Source: an uncultured Anaerolineales bacterium (GTDB taxonomy: Bacteria; Chloroflexota; Anaerolineae; B4-G1). From it: a stretch of 44,896 nucleotides of DNA. The DNA lies in NCBI GenBank assembly GCA_964412395.1, contig CAYPOY010000002.1, forward strand, positions 1 to 44,896, written 5' to 3'. Below, in pieces: positions 18,201 through 26,649 of this stretch (position 1 is the first letter of the stretch; the number at the start of each line of letters is the position of its first letter). The notes under the pieces are model-generated. The model did no database searches. It had not been told where the DNA came from and saw only the letters and a program-made list of their open reading frames with translations. The position numbers and the translations under genes are program-made.

Positions 18201-18955
18201 CGCTCTCCAGTCTCGACCACCGCCTTCTCTTCCGGCTCTCGCTCCAGCGGGTCCCGCGTGGGCGCCTCGGACGGGCGGTATCTCAGCAACCGCCGCCGCG
18301 CCGCCTCGGGCACCTCCAGCGCGATCCAGCCCGGCTCCTGGACGTTCCACAGCCGCTCGAAGCGGAGGGCGACCTGGGACAGCCACGGCCGGCTGCCGTC
18401 CCAGGAGCGAAAGACCATAAACTGTTCATAGTTGCGCTGCCAGCCGGCGGCCGATTCGTTGACGCTGCCGCTGAAGGCAATTTGATCACCGTAGCGGTCA
18501 GTGAAGAGACCCTCTTTGGGGTGGTAGTAATCCTGGGCCTGGGATGCGGGAAGGGGGCGTCCGTCCAGCCCTTTGGGGAGCACGACGCGGATTTGGAGGC
18601 GGCCGGCGGCGACCATCCAGGCCAGCACCTCCAGGCGGCGGCGCATGACTTCTTCTGCTGGCTCGCTAAGGGCGGCGACCAGCCGCCCGGCCACGACGTC
18701 GTCCAGCGCCTGCCCGCGCTCGATGGCGCGAACGTCGGTCTCGCTCAGTTGGGCGCCGACGAGGAGGCGCATGCTGCCGCCGTGGGCGACGAGCCGAGCC
18801 ACGCCGGCGGCCGCCACGGCCAGGGCGCTGCTGGCGAAGAAGCCGGCCGTGCGGTCGTAGCGGATACTGCACGAGAGGGCCGGGATGTAGAAGTCGTGCA
18901 GCCGGTCGTCGGCCGGGCCGTAGGAGATCTGGAAGTCGTGGTCGCGGAGTCTCAT
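15224..18955 (-). CDS. PLD (HKD)-nuclease-fused SNF2/SWI2-type helicase
   Basis: HKD-like 'YHPKEGLFTD…SGSVNES'. Helicase motifs 'DEVGLGKT', 'DEAH', 'TATP', 'SEGLNLQ' and 'EQRIGRIDR'. ATG abuts the upstream stop codon. Confidence 0.9.
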   Translation of the reverse strand: MRLRDHDFQISYGPADDRLHDFYIPALSCSIRYDRTAGFFASSALAVAAAGVARLVAHGGSMRLLVGAQLSETDVRAIERGQALDDVVAGRLVAALSEPAEEVMRRRLEVLAWMVAAGRLQIRVVLPKGLDGRPLPASQAQDYYHPKEGLFTDRYGDQIAFSGSVNESAAGWQRNYEQFMVFRSWDGSRPWLSQVALRFERLWNVQEPGWIALEVPEAARRRLLRYRPSEAPTRDPLEREPEEKAVVETGERFVTTDELQRERVLFQFLRDAPRLLNARWLGAATSALTPWPHQACIASTIVARFPERFLLCDEVGLGKTIEAGLVLRQLILSGRVRRCLILAPKSVCRQWQEELYEKFALNVLFFDGHTFRDVFGQEHTPDVPNPWDAEDIFIASSQLAKRRERQPDLLAARRWDLVIVDEAHHARRKDFLTNRYRPNRLLELLTGLKDRTQGLLLMTATPMQVHPLEVWDLLRVLGLGGRWGANDSNFLRFFRELRRPDDDADWDFVFGMVRDFLETGGELDPAFARQAEAQLGLVDWQRLKLLASTQGTSLKNLSPQTCSLAVEMARRHTPLRRYLFRSTRRLLREYARQGIIKATIPRRDPRPVWISMRDEEQNLYRRIEEYISQFYRKYEEERKGLGFVMTVYRRRLTSSFYAVRRSLERRLDFLRGRAVAGTPAGLDEDDLEQEDLSADVTELLDEEGRSRFRDEIEYVEDFLAELGRLSGNDSKVERLLADLDEIFRQRDTVIIFTQYTDTMDFLREQLRQVYGGQVACYSGRGGEVWNGIAWVTTTKEAIKNAFQQGEAIKILLGTEAASEGLNLQTCGVLINYDMPWNPMRVEQRIGRIDRIGQVHGEVWIRHYFYEDTVEARVYQALEDRIGWFEEIVGELQPILAWMGRAIQTVAMTPGAERERVLARELDQLREASDARQVEGFDLDRYLVAGEPLLEAASPVTLDDLKRVLTLTQSPSSAGRFQPHPEFERAYWLRTGEDDIAVTFDAALFDAHPNTLRLLTYGNELLTGLLRAVPEPAVDSAGPILRCQAEGPLPLCAYYALDTGSRPQRIERVTDLEVAYAAKPSVAWSEEAIAAARDDFEREHAALLQQQMQVVAVRQRAERLALEEQARQTLLRAALVELALGQQPELFAEEALPVAFTEEAVTGLRRHGYPFAPLLRLVNVDGLRPGPTDPFYAAVQGQSREALRRRFVVLRDKATRLVGLLTSTPDQEEPSQGPPDVVVQASLL

Positions 18956-19737
18956 TTAGACGCCGCCCGCCTGGATGTCCAAACCTAACTGCTGCATAGT
19001 CACCTCCGGCTCCTCCCCCACCGGCACCGTCAAATCCTCGAAGAATGCCAGGCGCATGCGGTCCAGCACTTCCGCCTCGGGGCGGATGAACTTTCCCTTG
19101 ACCTGGGTGCGGGGGATGGCGTTAAGCATTGCCTGCAGGCAAGCCTTGAACGTGCCGTCGGTCAGCAGGCCGGTGCGCTTGAGGAAGGCCTCACACGCCA
19201 GCGCACCGTCTTCTTCGTAGATGAGCATCCCAGCGTGGGCGGCGTCCAGGAGTGTGTCGAAGACGTCCGCCTCGGGGTCGGCCAAGCCCTTGCGGCGGCG
19301 CTGCTTGGGCCCTTGCAGGACGACGAAACTACCCTTCTTGCTGATGACCCGCTTGCGCCGCACCAGGTCCGCCTCGACGTCCAGCCCCAGCGCCAGCGCT
19401 AACTTGCGCGCCTCGTCGGCGGGGAACTGTTCGGCCTTGAAGGCATCCCAGGCCATCAGGTACCAGTCAGTGACGGGATCGAACTGGATCTCGCGGCCCA
19501 GCAGGAGGCCGCGCTTGCGCAGCGCGATGACCTCCTCGCGGGCCAAGTCGAGCGCGGTTTCGGGGCGCAATGGTTTGGGTTGGCCCGTCAGCTCGTCCAC
19601 CTCGAGATGACGGAGAGGACGGGGCCGAAGGTGCTGATGTAGAGGTCTACGCCGCCGACCCCCTGGGCGGCGAACTGGGCCGCCTTCTCCCGCGCCACCC
19701 GCCGCACCCGTGGCTGCAGATCATCCCACCAGACGGA

Positions 19738-19806
19738 GCCCTCGCCCCCCGTCCCCCTCTCCCAAGTTTGGGAGAGGGGGTGCCCCGCAGGGGTGGGGGT
19801 GAGGGC
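19738..19806. repeat. In-frame palindromic REP-like insertion #1 in the methylase (ALTPTPAGHPLSQTWERGTGGEG)
   Basis: Outer stem GCCCTCGCCCCC…GGGGGTGAGGGC with inner stem CCCCCTCTCCCAA/TTGGGAGAGGGGG. Confidence 0.8.
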
Positions 19807-20072
19807 TCTCTTGCGGCAGACGAGCAGGATGGTGCTGGCGGCGGCGTTCTTCTTCGCCTGGTGCAGCGAGTGCTCGGATTCGGTGTGGACGGGCCAGGAG
19901 GCTTTGATGGTGAAACCAGCACCGATGAGGGCCGCCCCCAGCGTGTCCCAGGCCTCCACCCGCTTGTGGGTGAACATGACAGTGAGGATGCCGTCGTCGC
20001 GCAGGGTGCGGTGCATCTCGCGGAAGCAGGCGGCCATCTTGCGCTCGTAGTCCTTTTCGGCCAGGGCCTTTA

Positions 20073-20116
20073 CCCCTCTCCCCCGGCCCCTCTCCCCTCC
20101 AGGGGAGAGGGGAGAG
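20073..20116. repeat. In-frame palindromic REP-like insertion #2 in the methylase (SPLSPGGERGRGRG)
   Basis: CCCCTCTCCCCT-CC-AGGGGAGAGGGG hairpin with a leading CCCCTCTCCCCCGG. Confidence 0.75.
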
Positions 20117-21042
20117 AAGCGGGCCGGATTGGCCACCGCCTCGTCGTCCTTGTTGGTCAGTGCATCGCGGAAGAAGTTGGGGTACAGGTGGCCCACGCTG
20201 CGTTTGAGCCAGACGTAGAAAAAGTCGCTCAGTTCGGCGTACATGACGTTGTCGTAGTAGGGTGGGTCCACGCAGATGAGGTGGACGGAGCTGCTCTCGA
20301 CCTGGCTGAGGTCGGTGGCCGAACCTTGCCAGACTTGCAGGCGTTCGACGGGCGACCCGCCGTCGCTGCCCCACAGGGGAAGTTGAGCTGAAACGGCTAA
20401 TTTGGCCAGGCCTTTGTAGGCATCAAGGACTTGACTAATTGCCCAAGGCAGTAAGTTAGCAGCAGAGTCGAATTCTGCGTGCACCCAGGTCATGGCGAAA
20501 TTGTGCTTGGTGAACGCATGGGCCACTACCTGCCGTGATGGGTGCCATGCTGCTTGTACACAATTGTAGTCTGTTGCCTTATCCAACGCTATGCCCAAGT
20601 ATGTCTGCACCGCTGCCGCCTGTTCCTCGTCCATCTCCCGCCGCATTTCCGAGCCCACCTCCCGCAGCGTCTCCAGGAAGGTGAGCAAGGAGAGGAGTTG
20701 GCGGGGGGAGAAGAAGTCATCCCATCGGTATATGCCGTAGAGACGGTGACCACGGTCGTAGTTAGACACTTCGGAAATCGCCTCGGTCGGCACCAGCCCG
20801 GCCGCCTCCCAGCGGGGCAGGTTGCGGGCCAGGACGGCCTCGGCGCGGCGGACGGCGGCCAGGTCTTCCTCCGCCGGGGGGCGGAAGTCGAAACCACCGG
20901 GGCGCTTGACGGCCACGGCGTAGAGCATCTGCCCCATGCGGCCGGCCTGCGCCTCCCGCTTGATGTAGTCGCCGCCAATCGGCTCGCCGGTCCAGGGTGA
21001 GCGTCCCACCCCCCGCCGGACCGTGCCCTCGTCCGGGTCAAA

Positions 21043-21093
21043 CCCCTCCCCTGTCTCCCCTCCCCTCGTAGGGGAGGGGCCGGGGGTGGGGTG
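21043..21093. repeat. In-frame palindromic REP-like insertion #3 in the methylase (HPTPGPSPTRGGETGEG)
   Basis: CCCCTCCCCT-CGT-AGGGGAGGGG hairpin followed by CCGGGGGTGGGG. Confidence 0.75.
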
Positions 21094-21948
21094 CACAATC
21101 TCGAAGCGGGGCTCGTCCCAGGCGGGGTTGGTCAGGAGGCGCACGGCTATGGGCTCGCCTTTCTTGCTCAGCCACCAGTTGGGGGAGAGGGGCACCGGCT
21201 TGCCGGTAGTGGGGCAGGCCACCGTGCGCGCCCAGAGGTAGGCGAAGATGCTCTCGCCGGGTTGGCGGGGGAAAAAGTCGGCCAGCCGCTTCTCCACCCG
21301 CTCGGCCCACACGTCGCCCCACCTGCGGATGTCCTCGGCCAGGGTCGGGCCGAAGCGGGCCGGGTACTCCAGCGTGGCTTTGAGGATGACCGATGCGACC
21401 GGGTTCAGTTCACCGGCCAGAGCGGTGAAGCCGTAGCGCAGTGCTTCGAAGGGGATGGAGCCGCCGCCGGCCATGGGGTCCATCACCGTGATCTCGCGGG
21501 TGCCCCAGGTCTGCTCCAGCAGGTCGAGCATCGTCTCCAGGTCTTCCTGGGAGGGGTTGACGGTGAAGGCACGCGGAGCACCACCGTAGGGATGCTCCTT
21601 GAGTTTGATGCCTCGCTGCTTGGCCCACTGGATGAGTTTGCGGCCGGCCACCGGGTCGCCCAGGATGCCCAGGAAGCGCAGGAACCAGGCGCGGTAGGTC
21701 TCCTCGGTGGGGAACCTGGCCTGCAGGGAGGCCGCCCAGTTGGGGGACCACTGCGGAAGGAGGCTGGCCAGGATGGCGGCACGGCTGACCGTCAGCGGCC
21801 GGCGCGCCCACCAGACGTGCAGAAAGTACAGCGGTGGCAAGGCGCTGCTGGCGCCGCGTTCGCGCAGGCTCTCCGCGCCGACGGTCTCGAAGGGGAGCCA
21901 GGATTCGATGAGGGTGGGGGGGGAAGTCGAGGTCATCTGTGCCTCCGT

Positions 21949-22776
21949 TTAGTCGGATGGTTGGAGTGTCGCAAGTAGAACTGGCGTCACCGGGTCATAG
22001 GCGAGGGAGACTTGGTACAGTGCCAATAAGCCATCCCCTCGCGCCTCAGTGTAGATCAACGTTCTGTCGTCTAGCCAGCGCGCACTCGCAACCACGTTGC
22101 CGTTTCTTGTCAGCCGCCGTACCAGTGGTCTATCAGTCCGGGCCACAAACAGCTCCACTGCATTTCCTTTTTCATCCCGTTGCTCACCCAAGAAGGCTAA
22201 CCACTCACTGTCTGCCGCCCATTGGGGCGGCACCTGGAGATGAATCTGAAAGACCGTTCCCAATTGGCTGTCTCCGCTGTGGTAAGTGAGATCAAGCACA
22301 TGCCCATCCGGCTCCAACACACGCAGGCTCCGTTCATCGTTCGGCGTGACCGCAAAGAAGGCCAGCCGCTCGTCTATCGGCGAGGGCACTGCCCACCATT
22401 CATCGTAATCGTCCGATTGGGTCAGGTTGACGGGCGTTGCCTCGGGTACGGTTACGTCCAGACTGAACACGTCGCTCGTATTGCCGCCGGAGGATTGAGC
22501 GAAATAGACCGTGCTTGATTGCTGCGTTGAGGCGAATATCTCAAACGGAATCTGTGTGGGGTTGGTGTCAGTGACGAGGGCCTCAGCCGGGCTGTCCGAC
22601 TTGCGCCCGAACAGCGGCTTTGACACGAACGTCAACCCCATGCAGAGTAGTATGATGAATAGGACAGCCAAGGGTAACGTGTACGAGTGCAAGCCCCACC
22701 AAACCTTGTCGAAAACGCCGATCATTGGCGTTGCGGCAGGCTTCCGGGGGCTATCGGATGGTTGCTGGGAGCTCAT
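21949..22776 (-). CDS. Membrane-anchored TolB-like (partial beta-propeller) protein
   Basis: One N-terminal TM, then PD40-like segments 'PVNLTQSDD…VPSPIDERLAF', 'PQWAADSEWLAF' and 'RRLT…ARWLDDRTLIY'. Confidence 0.7.
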   Translation of the reverse strand: MSSQQPSDSPRKPAATPMIGVFDKVWWGLHSYTLPLAVLFIILLCMGLTFVSKPLFGRKSDSPAEALVTDTNPTQIPFEIFASTQQSSTVYFAQSSGGNTSDVFSLDVTVPEATPVNLTQSDDYDEWWAVPSPIDERLAFFAVTPNDERSLRVLEPDGHVLDLTYHSGDSQLGTVFQIHLQVPPQWAADSEWLAFLGEQRDEKGNAVELFVARTDRPLVRRLTRNGNVVASARWLDDRTLIYTEARGDGLLALYQVSLAYDPVTPVLLATLQPSD

Positions 22777-22806
22777 CCATCATTTCCTGAACTGCCGGCG
22801 GTAGAC

Positions 22807-23145
22807 CTAATCAAGTCCTTGGCTCTCGACAATCCGCATTTTCAGACTCTCTATCGTACTCACTACCTGCTGGCGGCCGGGGACATCAGGCGATATCTGA
22901 CCCACAGTTACGGTTAGACCATTGAGTATCGTCTGGGCTTGGTTGTAGTCAGCCTGATTAACCAGATTTCTCGCCTGCTCCAAATGCATCCCTATCTGTA
23001 TTCCTGTCTCAAAGCCAGGCAGGTATCGAGTAGTCTCCTCGTCTCCGCTATAAGCCGGTACACCAGGCAGTTGACCAGACATCATGAAAACCGTAGGCAC
23101 ACCCACGCTCAGGATTTTTTGAAGCCAGCGGATGCCCCCTTTCAT
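22807..23145 (-). CDS. Small hypothetical, possibly exported protein
   Basis: RBS AAAGGAGGTG upstream and an N-terminal hydrophobic stretch. Fits the operon spacing. Confidence 0.55.
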   Translation of the reverse strand: MKGGIRWLQKILSVGVPTVFMMSGQLPGVPAYSGDEETTRYLPGFETGIQIGMHLEQARNLVNQADYNQAQTILNGLTVTVGQISPDVPGRQQVVSTIESLKMRIVESQGLD

Positions 23146-23172
23146 CGCACACCTCCTTTGGTTACTTGTTTG

Positions 23173-24264
23173 TCACGACTCACTGATCGTGGCATTTACC
23201 ACTGTGGATTCTGGTTGAGTCTTTTCTTTGTCAGTTTCCTCTGATTTGTAGCTAAAGATCAAATCTCCCTGGATACGGTCGTGCTCTCTAAAGAAGGCAG
23301 ATGTTTTTTTCCACAGAATACGCTCCTTTGTATACGTTTTGGGGCGTTTGAGCCCCAGTCTCTCGCGAAGGTGCCCCCTGTAGAGCACAAATGCGGTACG
23401 AATGGTGAAGCCCCAACTAAGCGCTCCTTGGATAGATAACAGATAGAAACCAAAGGCTACGGTTGTCGCTAGTCCTAGTTGGAAGAGGACCGGCCCCCAT
23501 TGAAATCCATAGAGTAGCACTTCCACGTATGCCAACTCTACGCCGAAGAGCAGCGTGAGAACCGTCATATTCAGCAAAAAGTCAAAGGTGGCCTTCTCTT
23601 TTTCGATAAAGGGAGCGTAGCCCTCCTGTGTTAGGACGGGTGTCAGATATGGCCAGAGAGTCACCGAATCCATCTCATATAAGTGCCCAGAGTACTCTTC
23701 AGCCGCTGCAATCACGTTACCCAACCGAGTGGGTAACGTGCGCCAGGTTTGATGTTGCGGATGCATCCAGGCCAGTTCAGCAGCTAGCAAGTTCCGTTCA
23801 AGTTCGCACCGCTGTCGTTCAACCTTAGCTCGTTCCCTGTCTTGAGGGGAAGTGGGATTCTCTTCCCGTTTTCGCCACATCTGGATATCGGCATTGAGCA
23901 GCTTTACCTTGGATTGCAGGTACTCGATTCGTCGCAGGTTCGACAGGCGCAAACGCCTTCCCAATGAGAAAGCAAGTAGCGGATATCCCTCGAATAGCCG
24001 AATGATCGAGATATTCAACACAGCCAGAGAGTATCCGATCAGCAAAACGGCAACAACGGCGAGACTGCCCCAGAAGAAAGATGAACTGTAACACTGCAAA
24101 GTGTCATAGACTTCAGTTCCTCTAAGCTGAGGCAGCACGAAAATGGCGTTCAGCGTCACAAACACAGCAGCTGGCAAGATGGCCGACAACCGCAGTGCCT
24201 GGAGCAACAGTGCTAACAGATCTGAAATCGCTTTGACAAATGTTGTCACAGATTTGACCCCCAC
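23173..24264 (-). CDS. Hypothetical multi-pass membrane protein with a central coiled coil
   Basis: Two N-terminal and two C-terminal TM helices flank a coiled coil and the segment 'LPTRLGNVIAAAEEY…YEMDSVTLWPYL'. Composition is more AT-rich than the core operon. Confidence 0.75.
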   Translation of the reverse strand: MGVKSVTTFVKAISDLLALLLQALRLSAILPAAVFVTLNAIFVLPQLRGTEVYDTLQCYSSSFFWGSLAVVAVLLIGYSLAVLNISIIRLFEGYPLLAFSLGRRLRLSNLRRIEYLQSKVKLLNADIQMWRKREENPTSPQDRERAKVERQRCELERNLLAAELAWMHPQHQTWRTLPTRLGNVIAAAEEYSGHLYEMDSVTLWPYLTPVLTQEGYAPFIEKEKATFDFLLNMTVLTLLFGVELAYVEVLLYGFQWGPVLFQLGLATTVAFGFYLLSIQGALSWGFTIRTAFVLYRGHLRERLGLKRPKTYTKERILWKKTSAFFREHDRIQGDLIFSYKSEETDKEKTQPESTVVNATISES

Positions 24265-24273
24265 ATTCTACCC

Positions 24274-24352
24274 TTATTCCCCAGCCAACAGAATCCGCAG
24301 CGCCCGCTGGGCGTTAGCGGCGCTCGCCCCGGCGGTGCATTTGCTGAACCAG
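24274..24352 (-). repeat. Orphan diverged duplicate of the last 25 codons + stop of the ASCH-fusion gene (WFSKCTAGASAANAQRALRILLAGE*)
   Basis: Direct repeat of 28003-28081 with 20/25 identical aa. 21 nt are identical (GCGGTGCATTTGCTGAACCAG at 24332-24352 and 28061-28081). Confidence 0.9.
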
Positions 24353-24366
24353 ACGTGTCAAACTGC

Positions 24367-24846
24367 TCAATCTCGCAGTCTCATGAGCTGGAGCAGCCGC
24401 TGGTCTGAAGTGACAAGATCGCCCTCCTCCCGGCTGAAGGCGGTCGCTGCGTGAACGGCATCGGGCCATTCTATTGGCTGCACACTGCCGTCAGGCATCG
24501 GGACCTCCGGCGGCACCTGACCGAACACCGGGATCAAATCCTCATCCATGGGTTCGACTGAGAACCAATCCGGGGGCTCCTGGAGGAGAGCGGCCAGTTG
24601 ATGCGGCTGAAAGCGTCCCGCCACAATCTCGTCCCATTTGTGCGCCAACTCAACAAAGGCCATCGCTGAGGCCGCCACTATGTAGCGTCCATTTCCATGC
24701 ACAATGCGGTTGATCTGCCGGGCGGTTTCTGGTGGAAGAAAGCGGCTGGTCTGGAATTGTGGTGTGATGCGATCCTCAGCCTGAAAGTATTGGGCCAACA
24801 CATCGGCCAGTGCGCCCGTGTCCAACACCAGGTCAGTCATTGGCAC
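24367..24846 (-). CDS. PIN-domain (VapC-like) ribonuclease
   Basis: The PIN acidic tetrad pattern is present: 'LVLDTGAL', 'SAMAFVEL', 'PDAVHAATA' and 'LVTSDQRL'. Confidence 0.8.
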   Translation of the reverse strand: MPMTDLVLDTGALADVLAQYFQAEDRITPQFQTSRFLPPETARQINRIVHGNGRYIVAASAMAFVELAHKWDEIVAGRFQPHQLAALLQEPPDWFSVEPMDEDLIPVFGQVPPEVPMPDGSVQPIEWPDAVHAATAFSREEGDLVTSDQRLLQLMRLRD

Positions 24847-25261
24847 ACACCTCTCCGTACCAGGCTTCCATCTCGGCGTAGAGTTCGTCCTCCCACCAGG
24901 TCTGCTCTGATGGACGCAGGGTTAAACGCCGTACTGCCTGATCAGGGGGCAACCTCTGTCCGCACACCGCCGGCCACAGACCTGTCACGACGTGCGAGTC
25001 GGAGCGCGCAAAGAGCGCCCGGTTCAGACAATCTACGTCTAACGGAGCTATGTAGAGGCATCCCATTTCCGTTACCGTCTGCCAGCCATTCAGAAACCTG
25101 GCCCAATCCAGACGGCGCCTGCGCTTGACGATGGAAGCGGCTACCTGGAGTGGCTCCATCACGGTGCACAAGAGTAACGCCCCTGCACGCTCGTAAACCT
25201 TTGAATTCTGCACCAGACGTTCTACGTCAGCATGGGAAAGCAGTCTGGTTCTCATGAGCAT
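24833..25261 (-). CDS. Small hypothetical protein (possible partner or antitoxin of the PIN protein)
   Basis: ATG at 25261 overlaps the ATPase TAA (TAATG coupling). The acidic C-terminus 'WWEDELYAEMEAWYGE' overlaps the PIN start. Confidence 0.6.
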   Translation of the reverse strand: MLMRTRLLSHADVERLVQNSKVYERAGALLLCTVMEPLQVAASIVKRRRRLDWARFLNGWQTVTEMGCLYIAPLDVDCLNRALFARSDSHVVTGLWPAVCGQRLPPDQAVRRLTLRPSEQTWWEDELYAEMEAWYGEVCAND

Positions 25262-26649
25262 TATCCCTCCCCCAGCAAATCTGTCCGAACGGGAGGCAGT
25301 GGTTCCAGATCGTATTCTTCCGCAGGCTCGCTGGGGATCTCGGACTCGTAAATGGCGCGCACCTGATCGGCGTGAATCGTCTCCCATCCCTCCCGCACAG
25401 CCCGTTCCAGCACCAGCCGCAGCAGCGTCAGCATGGGGCCAGGTACACCGCCGGAGAGCCGTAGGGCTTCAACCACTGCCTCCTGGTCGAAGGGATGCAA
25501 TTGCCCTCGTTGGTCAGGCGGGGTGCGAAAGTAATCCAGGTAGGCCAATACAAGGGGGACGGCTGTTGCCTCGGCGTCCAACGGGCGGAAGTAAATGGTG
25601 TATGCCTGGGCCGCCCCACCGCTGACGGCGCACACCCGGTCCAGACCGGCGGCCTTCCAGTGGGGTGTCCAGAGTTCCTGTATATAGGGGTGAATGGTCA
25701 ATAGCAGACCGTAGAAGTGGGTATAGACGCTCTGAAAAGGGCCGTCTATGAAAAAGCGGCGCAGGTCGTCTACGAACGCACGCCGTTCCTGGCGGTTCTG
25801 GGGCACGACGATCTTTTCTACCTCATCCACTAACAACAACGTCTGGTAGATTTCAGCCGCCCGGAAGAGCCGCACCAGATCGTCAAAGACCAAAAAGTGT
25901 CCCTCCCGTCGCCAGCGGTAATCACTCTGTCGGGTGAGGAATTGCCGCTCCCAAACATCAGAGGCGTACCCATCGCGGGCCAGCGAACGGGCAATCTTTT
26001 CGCGCACACCGGCCCGGATCAAAACGCGCTCCACATCTGGATCTAGCATAAACATTGTGTTGATACCCTTCTCCTGTAGCCATTGGTTATCTCCCAGGGT
26101 AGGGCCTGGATCCCTCGGGTCAATCTGGGCCAGTATTTCCTCCTGAATCTGTTCAGAGAAGGCGCGCAACCGCCAGATGGCCCAGGCGATACAGTTTCCT
26201 GCGTTGAGTGCCTGGGCGATGAGCCGGGTAAACTGCCAGAACTTGCGTGTGCGCCCACCGCCTTCGGGTATCAGATGAGCCGCCAGCAGCATATAAGCCC
26301 CACCGGTCAGTTGGTCTCCCAAATCGGCCATAATCCGTCGGCGCTGATAATTGAGAAAGGCTGTTTTGCCGATCCCTCGCCCACGCCGGGTGGCATAATC
26401 CATCAATAACGCAATCGGGCGCGGTTCTGGCTGCCCTGGGCGAGGAATCAACAAACGTTCAAACTGTGCCTCTTCGGTCGCTCGCAAATCAGCGCGATAG
26501 ATTTCGCCGTTGCGCCGGGGGTCGCTACTGTCAGGAACGATGGTGGGCGAATCGGGAAAGGGGTTCTGGGTAAGCCCAAATCGAGCATACGGATTCTCCG
26601 CAGCAGGCATTGGCTGGGGACGGCGTAGAAGCGGGTTGCTGATGGTCAC
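25261..26649 (-). CDS. P-loop ATPase (AAA+/STAND-like)
   Basis: 'YARFGLTQNPFP' N-terminus, Walker A 'RGRGIGKT', Walker B 'LLLVDEVE' and C-terminal 'HPFDQEAV…SGGVPG' lid. Overlaps the upstream gene (GTGA). Confidence 0.85.
   Translation of the reverse strand: MTISNPLLRRPQPMPAAENPYARFGLTQNPFPDSPTIVPDSSDPRRNGEIYRADLRATEEAQFERLLIPRPGQPEPRPIALLMDYATRRGRGIGKTAFLNYQRRRIMADLGDQLTGGAYMLLAAHLIPEGGGRTRKFWQFTRLIAQALNAGNCIAWAIWRLRAFSEQIQEEILAQIDPRDPGPTLGDNQWLQEKGINTMFMLDPDVERVLIRAGVREKIARSLARDGYASDVWERQFLTRQSDYRWRREGHFLVFDDLVRLFRAAEIYQTLLLVDEVEKIVVPQNRQERRAFVDDLRRFFIDGPFQSVYTHFYGLLLTIHPYIQELWTPHWKAAGLDRVCAVSGGAAQAYTIYFRPLDAEATAVPLVLAYLDYFRTPPDQRGQLHPFDQEAVVEALRLSGGVPGPMLTLLRLVLERAVREGWETIHADQVRAIYESEIPSEPAEEYDLEPLPPVRTDLLGEG

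Larger units (their letters stand above)
18956..21936 (-). pseudogene. DUF1156-family N6-adenine DNA methyltransferase, frameshifted at ~19603 (ORFs 19588-21936 and 18956-19600)
   Basis: N-terminal 'LHVWWARRPL…SRAAILASLL', motif I 'DPMAGGGSIP', motif IV 'DPPYYDN' and 'VMFTHK…AWD'. The reading frame switches at 'VIS|EVDELTGQ'. The lesion could be real or an assembly error. Confidence 0.85.

Noticed and set aside
24367-25261. Simple stand-alone VapBC toxin-antitoxin pair
   Set aside because: The upstream ORF shows no recognisable AbrB/RHH/Phd fold and is translationally coupled to the ATPase, so it was treated as part of a four-gene module.
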